A stretch of DNA of 64,000 nucleotides from positions 1,151 through 65,150 of the forward strand of contig CAZYNP010000028.1 in assembly GCA_964647995.1 (NCBI GenBank), read 5' to 3'. Shown in pieces: positions 18,120 through 27,827 of this stretch; position 1 is the stretch's first letter; each line of letters starts with the position of its first letter. The translations under genes were made by a program, and so were the position numbers. The notes beneath the pieces were generated by a model. The model saw only the letters and a list, made by a program, of their open reading frames with translations, ran no database searches and was not told the DNA's origin. The DNA is from an uncultured Cytophagia bacterium (GTDB lineage Bacteria; Zhuqueibacterota; Zhuqueibacteria; Thermofontimicrobiales; Thermofontimicrobiaceae).

Positions 18120-19973
18120 TTACAATACGATATCGGTCCCGATCAAAATTTTGATATCGAACGAAGCGGCATTGGAAATTTGGACTGGTGTACCCAGGCG
18201 TTTTTTCAACGCCAGGGCCTTTTTGTTTTGCGATGCAGGACACTGGATAAATGTGCTGGGATAGTTCTTTTTATCGGCATTGCGATAATCGACCACTGTG
18301 ATCTTCTCATTTTCCAGCGGCTGACCATCCAGTAGTTGATTCATACGCGCAGCGAGGCCGGTAAGCGGAGAACCATTTAAAATTTCCACGTAGCAATCTT
18401 CCGTGGGAGGCGTTGTCGGAACGATGGCTTTGATTCCGGGCAGCTTAAAATTTGCACCCAGCACCAGCGTCAAATCCAATGGGTGCGTTTCCGGACTTAC
18501 CTGGAAATAACGCGCAAACAAGCGCTGATAGGCTGCGACCCGTTCCTGAATCGCCTGATTCTTTTCGGGCTCCAGGCCGCGCCGCCAGATGATCTTCGAC
18601 TTTTTCAAGCGAATGGTCGATTTTATCTTATTGATCTTATCCGCCGAGGCAAGGCTTTTCATGTCGCTCAGATAACTATCCAGGTTCAATTTTGGCTGGA
18701 ATGTACCGTCCAGCACGGCTACGTGCAGAGCAGTACCAGCGGGAGTGACCATTGATGGCTCTTCGACCGCTGGAGTCGGTTCGTAGCTGGACTCGTCTTC
18801 CAATGGCAAACGCTCCAATTCACTTTCATCGGGAACAGTCGGCGTCTGATCCATTTTCGCCGGTAATGGTGGCGGTTCCTGGCTCTTTTCTTCAATTGAG
18901 GGGGCAGTCAACGAAAACCAAAGTTGTGGGCCATATTGAAAAATCAGAAAAAAGATGAGTAGCGAAAGCAGAATCGTCCCGGCGATTTTCATGATGTTCT
19001 TAAACGGCACGTTAGCTACCGGCCGCCCCCCTTCTTTTCGTTTGATCAGTGGCCGTCGCAGGTCCCGATCCTGGGCAAAGTCGGTTACGGTTTGTGTCTC
19101 CTCCGGCGGCATCTCGCTGATCCGTACCGGTGACCGATAGCGAACGCCTTTGATGGTGATCTGACGCTCGGCTGGTTCTGGTGGCGTTTCGATTTTCGGT
19201 GGCGGCAATTCTTCAGGGGCATCGACACGCTTGATGCTTTTCATTTTCACCATCAGTGCAGTAGCGTCATCTTTGTTTTGCTGATCCGCCGCTTGCTTGA
19301 CAATGCTATCGCAAACACTCTGAGCAGTCGGCAATGAAACCAGCGCTTGCAGCTCCGACTCCGACATCCCGGCATAAGCACCATCGGTGCACAGCAGGAT
19401 CGCATCGCCTATCTGCAGTTTCCGTTCGCTGAGATCAACCTGCACCTGCTCGCTGAGACCCAAAGCCCGCACCAGCGCCAAATCATCTTCTGGTAACATG
19501 GTGCGTTCACTCACCTCGATGGCATGGCACTGCGTCAGCTTTTCCAGGCGACTGCCGCTTAAAAAATAGGCGCAACAAGAACCAACATGAGCCACGTGCA
19601 ACGTGTCCTGATGGATCACCGCGGCAGTAAGGGAACAGGACATTCGATTGGCCGGGCGGGATTCGACATTGGTATCATAGACAGCCAGATTGGCATTGCT
19701 AATCGCCCTGATCAGCATTTCGGGCACCGAACCAACCCAGGGGCTATCAAAGTATTCAGCAATGACAGTTTGCAGCGCCAGTTTGGCCGCCGTGGCTCCG
19801 GCACCCTCCGGGCCGTTCCCATCCGCGATGACCAGCATCTGCCCGCGCAATAGCAGCACCTCGGCTTCCTTCGGGAAATAGTAGCCGATCAAATCTTCAT
19901 TCTGTGCGTGGCCTATCCCCGGAACCGAGCTCTTGCCCAATTCCAGACTGAAAATCATATTGTTATTCGACAA
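18120..19973 (-). CDS. Multidomain protein with a PP2C-type Ser/Thr phosphatase, a Pro-rich linker, one TM helix and a C-terminal LytR_C (cell-envelope-related) domain.
   Basis: PP2C motifs are present (LVIADGNGPEGAGATAAKLA, LLCTDGAYAGMSE). A hydrophobic segment (IMKIAGTILLSLLIFFLIF) is the single TM helix. The C-terminal VEILNGSPLTGLAARMNQLL...ITVVDYRNAD resembles the LytR_C domain. Confidence 0.55.
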   Translation of the reverse strand: MSNNNMIFSLELGKSSVPGIGHAQNEDLIGYYFPKEAEVLLLRGQMLVIADGNGPEGAGATAAKLALQTVIAEYFDSPWVGSVPEMLIRAISNANLAVYDTNVESRPANRMSCSLTAAVIHQDTLHVAHVGSCCAYFLSGSRLEKLTQCHAIEVSERTMLPEDDLALVRALGLSEQVQVDLSERKLQIGDAILLCTDGAYAGMSESELQALVSLPTAQSVCDSIVKQAADQQNKDDATALMVKMKSIKRVDAPEELPPPKIETPPEPAERQITIKGVRYRSPVRISEMPPEETQTVTDFAQDRDLRRPLIKRKEGGRPVANVPFKNIMKIAGTILLSLLIFFLIFQYGPQLWFSLTAPSIEEKSQEPPPLPAKMDQTPTVPDESELERLPLEDESSYEPTPAVEEPSMVTPAGTALHVAVLDGTFQPKLNLDSYLSDMKSLASADKINKIKSTIRLKKSKIIWRRGLEPEKNQAIQERVAAYQRLFARYFQVSPETHPLDLTLVLGANFKLPGIKAIVPTTPPTEDCYVEILNGSPLTGLAARMNQLLDGQPLENEKITVVDYRNADKKNYPSTFIQCPASQNKKALALKKRLGTPVQISNAASFDIKILIGTDIVL

Positions 19974-20537
19974 TTTCCTCTCCCCAATTTTAAATCCATC
20001 CAGCCTGCGATGACAATATAAAAGTTAACAAGTTAAAAATCAAGTAAAAAATAAGTTACCGCGCAAAACCTTACCTGCCAGCAGATGACGAATGCCCATT
20101 GAGGCGGAGGACAAGAACGCGGTGCCAGCAAAATCCGTTTTCACTCATCAAAGTTTCTGGCGGTGAAGGTTCGGTAACCACCAGGTTGGCCATATCACCA
20201 GATCAGAATATGATTTCGGTCATTTCACCAAACTAACCGCAGTTGGTGGCATCTCAGAACCAGCAGCTCTCTATTTCAACTCTCTTTTAACTGCAATAAT
20301 CACAGCAAAGTAATAGTGGCCATTTTTTAAGTTATGATAGCGGTGTTTTTGGCACAAGCTTTGAATGAACGCTAATGGAATTCCATGAATGGAACCCGTA
20401 CCAATTGCAATCAGGCAGTCGGGCACCATTCCCAAGGGTGATGCAACATTGAGTCAGTCTGGCTGCCTGGTCTATTTTTTACACTGGTGATTAGACCCAA
20501 TCTTTCCCAATCATCAATTTAAACCTAAGGAGCAAAC

Positions 20538-21995
20538 ATGCGATCAAAATGTCTACTGGCAGTTTTATTGATGAGCTTATTATTCATCAATTCAGTTTTC
20601 TCCCAGACCTGGGATCAGGCCACAGGTATCGGATTCACTGGCAATGGCATCAAATTTCTTGGCGGCGCAGTAGATCGAGCCGCATTGGGACTTGGCGGCG
20701 GGCTATCACTCAAATATGGCGCTTCACCTTATGTCATGTTCGATCTGAATGCCAATTATGGCAGTTTCAAGCCAACGGTTGACGGCTCGTGGTACAAGAA
20801 AGATGCCAGTGCACCTTTCCGTACCTTCCTTCTGCCGGTGTCGTTGGATATTCGCTTTACACCGGTTTCCGATGGTCGTGTGAAGCCCTACTTTACCTTT
20901 GGCGGTGGGCTGTTGCTCTGGGATTTGCGCAACGTGGCCGGCACCGACAAGAGCTTTTTTGGCGATTATGAACTGCGCTGGGGCGATAGTGTTCATAAGG
21001 GAACTCAGCGTGAATTTGTATTCAAAGGTGGCCTGGGCCTGGAACTCTTTTTCACCCATGCGGTGTCGCTGGATCTGCAGGCGGGAATGCAGTCGTTACT
21101 CAACAACGATCCCAAAGACAATGTTGGCTACGGCGATGCCAACAATTACGCCGCCACCGGCCGGGTTGGACTCAACTTCTACCTGGACTATTACAAGGAC
21201 ACCGATAAAGATGGGATCGAGGATAAAAAGGATGCCGATCCCTTGCGCCCAGAAGATGTCGACGGTTTCAAGGACGATGATGGCGCACCCGATGACGACA
21301 ACGACAATGACGGCGTGCCTGATCTAAGCGACAAAGCGCCCAATCTGGCCGAAGACAAAGATGGCTTCCAGGACGATGATGGCGTGCCCGATCCCGATAA
21401 CGACGGCGATGGCATTCTGGATGTTAACGATAAGGCGCCTAATGAAGCCGAAGACATGGATGGCTTCAAGGATGGTGATGGAATGCCCGATCCCGACAAC
21501 GACGGCGATGAGATCCTGGATGTCAACGATAAGTGCCCTGGAACGGATGCGACCGTTGCTAACGGCGAGAATACCAAAGAAACTTTCAATGGCTATCAGG
21601 ATGACGATGGTTGCCCTGATACCAAGCCAGTACCAGTTCAGTTAGAAAAGACAGGCGCAAAACTGGTACTCAAAGGAGTGAATTTTGAAACCGGCAGCGC
21701 AACGCTAACCAAGGAATCCTATGCGATTCTGGATGAAGTAATTGCTGGTTTGCGCGATAACAAAGATGTCAGCATTGAGATCCGTGGTTATACCGACAGT
21801 CAGGGGGCTGCGGCAGCCAATCAGAAATTATCGGAACGTCGCGCCAATACGGTGCTGCAATATCTGGTTACCAATGGCATCGAGCCCACCCGCTTGAAAG
21901 CGGTAGGCCTGGGCGAGAAGGATCCGATTGCATCCAATAACACACCCGAGGGACGCGCGCAAAATCGACGCATCGAGTTTGTGCGCACTAAGTAA
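20538..21995 (+). CDS. OmpA-family outer-membrane protein with an N-terminal beta-barrel, thrombospondin type-3 (TSP3) calcium-binding repeats and a C-terminal OmpA peptidoglycan-binding domain.
   Basis: It has a signal peptide and a good ribosome-binding site (AAGGAG). The Asp-rich D.D.DG..D..D repeats occur five to six times. The C-terminus IEIRGYTDSQG...LSERRANTV...NRRIEF is the OmpA signature. Confidence 0.8.
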   Translation: MRSKCLLAVLLMSLLFINSVFSQTWDQATGIGFTGNGIKFLGGAVDRAALGLGGGLSLKYGASPYVMFDLNANYGSFKPTVDGSWYKKDASAPFRTFLLPVSLDIRFTPVSDGRVKPYFTFGGGLLLWDLRNVAGTDKSFFGDYELRWGDSVHKGTQREFVFKGGLGLELFFTHAVSLDLQAGMQSLLNNDPKDNVGYGDANNYAATGRVGLNFYLDYYKDTDKDGIEDKKDADPLRPEDVDGFKDDDGAPDDDNDNDGVPDLSDKAPNLAEDKDGFQDDDGVPDPDNDGDGILDVNDKAPNEAEDMDGFKDGDGMPDPDNDGDEILDVNDKCPGTDATVANGENTKETFNGYQDDDGCPDTKPVPVQLEKTGAKLVLKGVNFETGSATLTKESYAILDEVIAGLRDNKDVSIEIRGYTDSQGAAAANQKLSERRANTVLQYLVTNGIEPTRLKAVGLGEKDPIASNNTPEGRAQNRRIEFVRTK

Positions 21996-22031
21996 TCCAA
22001 GCGTAACTTTTTCGCTCCCATTTACGCTGAA

Positions 22032-22064
22032 GGCAACAGTCGCTGTGACTGTTGCCTTTTTTTA
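22032..22064 (+). terminator. Rho-independent terminator of the ompA-like gene.
   Basis: ggcaacagtc gctgt gactgttgcc is followed by ttttttt. Confidence 0.75.
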
Positions 22065-22605
22065 TTTCGATCGCTGCATGCCGTATAAATTCTTTATCCG
22101 CCAGCCACTGATCACGTGCCTTGTTAGAGACCATTCATCGAAGATAGCGGCAAGCAAGCAAAAATAGCCTTGATTTTATCATTGAAAAGTGCTAAACTTC
22201 TATTGGCAATTTCAAACTGATCCTTTTTCACCCTGGTCATAAACCGGATTTCTCGTTCAGCAATTTGGACAGCAAAATACAGCAATAAACTAATAGGGTC
22301 AAATCGGTAGCGGATTCGGCTGGTTACTAAAGTTAATAAGTTTTTATGAATTGGTCTCGCATACCAGTTCGATTAACACCTTAGTAACACCTGAAATTCT
22401 CAGATGGAAATGATTGTCAATAGACGCCCAGCGAAACGCACGATAAAACACAGAACGCACTTTCGATTTTTTGACTTTCATGTCATTCTGGGTATTTTGT
22501 GGTCAGAAAGCTTTAATTTTCCATCGACATGGTTCATTTTAGAAATTCAGGTAACATCTAAAAATCCGTAATAGCAGAAACCTTTAAGTTTGGATCCGAT
22601 TTACC

Positions 22606-24264
22606 ATGGTTGGCAGAATCCAACAACGGCGGGGTCTCCTCAGAGCCATTGCTTTCTGGCTAAGTTATATCGTCTTGCTCGCATCGCTACGCAGCGAGCA
22701 CAACCCGCAGCGACGACCCACCGGGGGCCACATAACCACCCTGCCACCGCTTCAGCCAGACATCATCGTTGCGCCAGGCGCTGCACAACCTCCAGCGTTG
22801 CCAGACAGCTTTATGAGTTCCAGCCATCGTTTCAACATCCACTATACCACCTTCGGCTCTGATGCCCCGCCCGCGGAGGATGCCAATCACAATGCAGTCC
22901 CCGATTACATCGAACAGATCGCCGCCGCCTTCGATGAAAGCTATCGCGTGGAAATAGAACAGCTCCATTATCGCGAGCCGCCGTCCTTCCAAAACGGCAC
23001 TATGCCCTACCACATTTATGTTCTGAATCTGGGCAATACCAGCGGCCTAACCATCACCGAACTGAAGGACTCCAGCGCTGCGGAAGAAAAAAATGTCTCC
23101 AGCCACATTCTGTTTGAAAATGACTTTGTCGGGCCCGATTTTCATGTTCAGGGTGACGAAGCCATTCGGACCACGGCCGCCCATGAATTTTTTCATGCTA
23201 TCCAACTGGGTTATGTATTTCGCAAAAGCGATAGTTTCTTTTATGAGTTGACCGCGGTCTGGATGGCCGATCGGGTGTTTGATGAGATCGACAAGCATTT
23301 CTATTATCTGGATTATTTTTTCGCTGCGCCAGAGATTCCACTGACTGGCGTGTCGTTTACCATTCCCAATGTCTTCAAACACATCTATGGCTCATGCATC
23401 TTTGCCTTTTACCTGGCCGAAAATTTTGGCATCGATGCCATCCGCTGGATCTGGGAACAGATGCCCGAACAATCCGCCTTGTTGGCCGTGGATCAGCTAT
23501 GCCGAAAGCAGGGCAGCCGTCTTGAGGCTGAATTGGTAAAATTCGCCACCTGGAATTTTTTCACTGGCTGCCGGGCTCAGCCTGGCTATTCGTATTCCGA
23601 AAGCTCACTCTTGCCCGAAATCCGCACCGAAATGGATACTTTGATCCAATATTATCACCAACAGGAGGGAACAGGCTATTTTCTCACAGCCGCCTATTTT
23701 ATTTTTCAGCCCATGGCTGATGGCGAGTTCCGGGTGGTGCTTACGACCGAGCACAAGTCCCACTGGCGGTTGGGAGTCGCGGTTTACGATGCCCTTCGTC
23801 TGGAAACTTTTATCGCTGCACCTGACGAAGAAGTTCACTTGAAAGACATCACCACCGAGCAAAAGATAGTTATCATTCCCTGCAATGTCGATTATACTCA
23901 CAATCCGACCCTGATTTATTTCAAGGAACAGCCCGAGAGCTACACTTTCTATCTGCAGCGGGAAACCAGGCTGCAGCCCGATCTGGCCCGGCCATTTCAA
24001 ATCGAAAAAATTTATCCCAATCCGTTTTCCATCGGAGTCACCTTTTGGATCAAAAAATTGGATTCGGCACCACTATCGATCCAGATTTTCAATATCAATG
24101 GCGAGCAGGTGGCTTGTCTGGCCGAGGAATTGACCATGACCGATCTGACACAGATTCACTGGCGTCCCTCGATGCAGGCAAGTCGGTTAGCTGCGGGAAT
24201 TTATCTCTGTCGATGCTCCAGCCGGGAATATTCAGAAACGATCAAGTTGATCCTCTATCGCTAA
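22606..24264 (+). CDS. Secreted zinc metalloprotease (HExxH) with a C-terminal T9SS sorting domain.
   Basis: It has the AAHEFFHAIQ zincin motif. The C-terminus KIYPNPFSIGVTFWI...NINGEQV...GIYLCR matches the Por_Secre_tail pattern. Confidence 0.6.
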   Translation: MVGRIQQRRGLLRAIAFWLSYIVLLASLRSEHNPQRRPTGGHITTLPPLQPDIIVAPGAAQPPALPDSFMSSSHRFNIHYTTFGSDAPPAEDANHNAVPDYIEQIAAAFDESYRVEIEQLHYREPPSFQNGTMPYHIYVLNLGNTSGLTITELKDSSAAEEKNVSSHILFENDFVGPDFHVQGDEAIRTTAAHEFFHAIQLGYVFRKSDSFFYELTAVWMADRVFDEIDKHFYYLDYFFAAPEIPLTGVSFTIPNVFKHIYGSCIFAFYLAENFGIDAIRWIWEQMPEQSALLAVDQLCRKQGSRLEAELVKFATWNFFTGCRAQPGYSYSESSLLPEIRTEMDTLIQYYHQQEGTGYFLTAAYFIFQPMADGEFRVVLTTEHKSHWRLGVAVYDALRLETFIAAPDEEVHLKDITTEQKIVIIPCNVDYTHNPTLIYFKEQPESYTFYLQRETRLQPDLARPFQIEKIYPNPFSIGVTFWIKKLDSAPLSIQIFNINGEQVACLAEELTMTDLTQIHWRPSMQASRLAAGIYLCRCSSREYSETIKLILYR

Positions 24265-24520
24265 AACTGCGCCGGTGCCAGAAATCGTGTGCCCCAAACG
24301 CCATTCGACAGCGGGCGACGCAGCTCATAGCATTGTGTGTCTATTCGAGACCACGCATGACACGCATGAGCGGAGCAAGAAACAATTTTTCCGATCGTGA
24401 AGTTAATTGAGCAATTCATCAGGTCTATTTTCGCGATAGCCATCACCTTCTGAAAACGCGCTAACAGAGATGCTACGTACCGAAGGGCGGCTATCTTTTC
24501 CATCACCAGCGGAGGGAAAA

Positions 24521-25594
24521 ATGCTCTGGGAAGAGCGATGGCATCCTTTACGAGAAGAATGGGTGATCGTAGCCGCCCATCGTCAGGGTCGACCCTGGAG
24601 TGGCGAAACGGTACCCGGGCCCCAGGCAGAGCTGCCGGATTATGTGGCCGACTGCTATTTATGTCCGGGCAATGTGCGCGCCAGCGGAAAGCACAATCCC
24701 AATTATCAGCAAACATTCGTTTTCGACAATGACCATCCTTGTGTCGGCCTCAACGCACCGTTGAATTTAGAGACTCCCACCGGTAGCTATCGCAATCGGC
24801 CAGCCACCGGCATCGCGCGGGTCGTCTGTTACAGCCCCAGGCATAATTTGACGCTGGCAGAATTGGCCATTCCCGACATCGTGAACCTGCTGCACGTGTG
24901 GCAGGAACAGTATTGTGAGCTGGGCAACCTGCCCGAAATCGCCCATGTGTTGATATTTGAAAATAAAGGTGAGGTAGTCGGCGTATCCAATCCGCATCCA
25001 CATTGTCAGATCTATGCCACCAATTTTGTATTTAAATTGATCGAAACCGAGGCCAGGGTATGCCAGCATCATCTGGCCACTACCGGCCGGGTGCTTTTTC
25101 AGGACATCATCCGGGCGGAACAGGATGACGGCCGGCGAATCATCGTCGAGAACGATTCGGCCATCGCCTTTGTGCCGTACTTCGCCCGATACGCCTACGA
25201 AGTCTACCTGGCGCCGAAAGCTACCCATCCCAGCCTGGCCGCACTTTCCGCAGCCGAACTGACCGATCTGGCGCAGGCGCTAAAAACCGTTCTGATCAAA
25301 TTTGATAATCTCTGGCAGATGCCGTTTCCGTATGTCATGCCGTTGCATCAAGCGCCCACCGACGGCGGTGATTATCGTGGCTTTCATTTTCATATTGAAT
25401 TTCATCCTCCACTGCGGAAACCGAATTTATTGAAATACCTGGCCGGGCCGGAAATCGGCGGCGGCAATTTTTTGAGCGACACCTCGCCCGAAGAAAAAGC
25501 CGCCGAACTCCGGGCTCAATCCGCTGTCCATTATAAACAGGCCAGCACCGGTTCAGTCGGCACAGACCCGGTGGCTGACCAATTTTCGAAGTGA
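24521..25594 (+). CDS. galT: Galactose-1-phosphate uridylyltransferase.
   Basis: It has the CYLCPGN zinc site and the HPHCQI HIT-like active site. A GGAGGG ribosome-binding site precedes the ATG at 24521; the track ORF starts upstream at 24470. Confidence 0.8.
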   Translation: MLWEERWHPLREEWVIVAAHRQGRPWSGETVPGPQAELPDYVADCYLCPGNVRASGKHNPNYQQTFVFDNDHPCVGLNAPLNLETPTGSYRNRPATGIARVVCYSPRHNLTLAELAIPDIVNLLHVWQEQYCELGNLPEIAHVLIFENKGEVVGVSNPHPHCQIYATNFVFKLIETEARVCQHHLATTGRVLFQDIIRAEQDDGRRIIVENDSAIAFVPYFARYAYEVYLAPKATHPSLAALSAAELTDLAQALKTVLIKFDNLWQMPFPYVMPLHQAPTDGGDYRGFHFHIEFHPPLRKPNLLKYLAGPEIGGGNFLSDTSPEEKAAELRAQSAVHYKQASTGSVGTDPVADQFSK

Positions 25595-25612
25595 CCAAGA
25601 TTTCGAGGCAAT

Positions 25613-27079
25613 ATGTACCAACTCATCCAGGGATCAACTCAGCAATATCACGCGGTTCGTTCGCTCATCGACATACTCAATACACTGCCTCAGCATCCCA
25701 TCGCCGAGGCTCGCACCTTATTCGATCCGGCAGGGGAACTGATCATTGCGCGGGCCCCGGGGCGGCTGGATGTGATGGGTGGTATTGCCGATTATTCAGG
25801 TTCGTTGGTGCTCCAATTGCCGCTGCGCGAAGCGACGATGATTGCGCTCCAGCGACATAGCGAGCGCAGCTTGAAAATTGTGAGCTTGCAGGCCGCTGAA
25901 AATCACCGCCAGGCATATTTTCAAATGCCCCTAACTGAGCTGGAAACCGGCGGGCATCCGATTACTTATGAAGCTGCTCAGGCATATTTCCAGCGACACT
26001 CCGGGCAAGAATGGGCGGCCTACGTCGCGGGTGCTTTTCTGGTGTTGCTGCGGGAGCAGCAGGTCCAGTTTGCAGAAGGGGCAAGCATGCTGATTCATTC
26101 CGAGGTGCCGGAGGGCAAAGGTGTCAGCTCCTCGGCCGCGCTGGAGGTGGCCGCCATGCAGGCTATCGCAGCCGCCTTTGATCTGTCCATCGAGCCCCGG
26201 GAAATGGCATTGCTATGTCAAAAAGTTGAGAATCTGGTCGTCGGTGCCCCCTGTGGCATTATGGATCAGATGACCGCGGCATGCGGTGAGGAGAATCGAC
26301 TCCTGGCCCTGCTGTGCCAGCCGGCAAAGTTGCAGGGCACGCTGGATATTCCCGAAGCGATCGCCATCTGGGGCCTGGACTCTGGCGAACGGCATTCGGT
26401 CTCTGGATCGGATTATACCTCGGTGCGAGTCGGTGCTTTCATCGGCTACCGGCTAATTGCTGCGCTCAGCCAGCTCAACGTGCAGCCACGGAGGAATTCT
26501 CAGACGGTTCAGATTGACGATCCCTTTTGGCATGGCTATCTGGCGAATATCACTCCGTCGCTTTTCGAGCAACAATACGCAGGCCAATTGCCCGAGCAGA
26601 TATCTGGCCGCCTCTTTCTGGCGCAATATGGCGGCACCACCGACCGCATCACCACGGTTCAGCCGGAGCGAGAATACGCCGTGCTGCGGCCGACCGCGCA
26701 TCCGATTTATGAACATTTTCGCGTGCAAACCTTCGCGGAACTACTTGCCAGCAACATCACCGAACGAAAATTGCAATTATTGGGTGAATTGATGTATCAA
26801 TCTCATGCCAGTTACTCTGCCTGCGGATTGGGCTCAGCGGGTACCAACCGGTTAGTGGAATTGGTTCGTCAATTTGGCCCAGCCCACGGCCTTTATGGCG
26901 CCAAAATCACCGGCGGCGGTAGCGGCGGCACCGTAGCGATCCTCGGCCAAAAAGATAGCATTTCCAGCATCCAGGAAATAGCAGCAATCTACGCGGCAGA
27001 AAGGGGATATGAACCCTATATTTTCAAAGAGTCGTCCGGAGGGGCAGAACACTTTGGGGTGCTCAAGGTGAGACAGTGA
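25613..27079 (+). CDS. galK: Galactokinase-family GHMP kinase.
   Basis: It has the GHMP motif PEGKGVSSSAA and the galactokinase-like signature APGRLDVMGGIADYSG. It lies immediately downstream of galT. At 488 aa it is longer than the E. coli GalK. Confidence 0.65.
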   Translation: MYQLIQGSTQQYHAVRSLIDILNTLPQHPIAEARTLFDPAGELIIARAPGRLDVMGGIADYSGSLVLQLPLREATMIALQRHSERSLKIVSLQAAENHRQAYFQMPLTELETGGHPITYEAAQAYFQRHSGQEWAAYVAGAFLVLLREQQVQFAEGASMLIHSEVPEGKGVSSSAALEVAAMQAIAAAFDLSIEPREMALLCQKVENLVVGAPCGIMDQMTAACGEENRLLALLCQPAKLQGTLDIPEAIAIWGLDSGERHSVSGSDYTSVRVGAFIGYRLIAALSQLNVQPRRNSQTVQIDDPFWHGYLANITPSLFEQQYAGQLPEQISGRLFLAQYGGTTDRITTVQPEREYAVLRPTAHPIYEHFRVQTFAELLASNITERKLQLLGELMYQSHASYSACGLGSAGTNRLVELVRQFGPAHGLYGAKITGGGSGGTVAILGQKDSISSIQEIAAIYAAERGYEPYIFKESSGGAEHFGVLKVRQ

Positions 27080-27107
27080 CAGGAAACCCGCTGCATCTCG
27101 CCGATTT

Positions 27108-27542
27108 TTATTCATCGCCTCGAGGGATGTATCGTCGCTGCTGCTTGACCTCGCTACGCTTTCGCTTGAGCTCCAATCGCTGCCATTTCGAATACAGCGA
27201 GGGTTTTCTTTTGCGCCGCGCTTTGGGCTTGTGCGCCGCCTTTCGAATGAGCTCGATCAATCGTTGGAGGGCATCTTCACGATTTTTCAATTGAGATCGG
27301 AACCGACGCGCGGAAATAATCAATTCGCCGTTTTCATTGATGCGGCTGCCTGCCAGTTTCAATAACCGCTCACGCACCTCCTCAGTCAATGATGGCGAAC
27401 GTCGCACATCAAATCGCAACTGCACCGCGGTGGCAACTTTGTTGACATTCTGCCCGCCCGGTCCCGAGGAGCGAATAAATTCTTCTTGAATTTCGTTTTC
27501 GTTGATAAAAATGCTGTCTGTGATTTGAATCATGGCTTGCAA
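27108..27542 (-). CDS. arfB: Alternative ribosome-rescue factor ArfB (peptidyl-tRNA hydrolase, YaeJ family).
   Basis: It has the GGQ motif (SSGPGGQNVNKV) and a basic C-terminal tail (KPKARRKRKP...). Confidence 0.8.
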   Translation of the reverse strand: MQAMIQITDSIFINENEIQEEFIRSSGPGGQNVNKVATAVQLRFDVRRSPSLTEEVRERLLKLAGSRINENGELIISARRFRSQLKNREDALQRLIELIRKAAHKPKARRKRKPSLYSKWQRLELKRKRSEVKQQRRYIPRGDE

Positions 27543-27827
27543 TTGAATAATTCACTATCTAATCTTCCGACCTCGCAGTCGATCCCAATGAATCTGTCAA
27601 CCGTTGACAGCCAGTGCTATGTTTTTCGAGGCTCACGGAGCGTCGGTCATGGCCTGGATGGCTATCGACAATATACCATTTTGCGTGGTAAATGTCAATA
27701 AAATATTCGTGCTGGAAATTTGGGATAGGAATTCTTCTTGACTATTGAACATAAAAATGGTATTATTAGGTAGATTCTACGCAACCATTAACATCACTCT
27801 TTATGAGAGAAAGCAATCGAACCCAAA

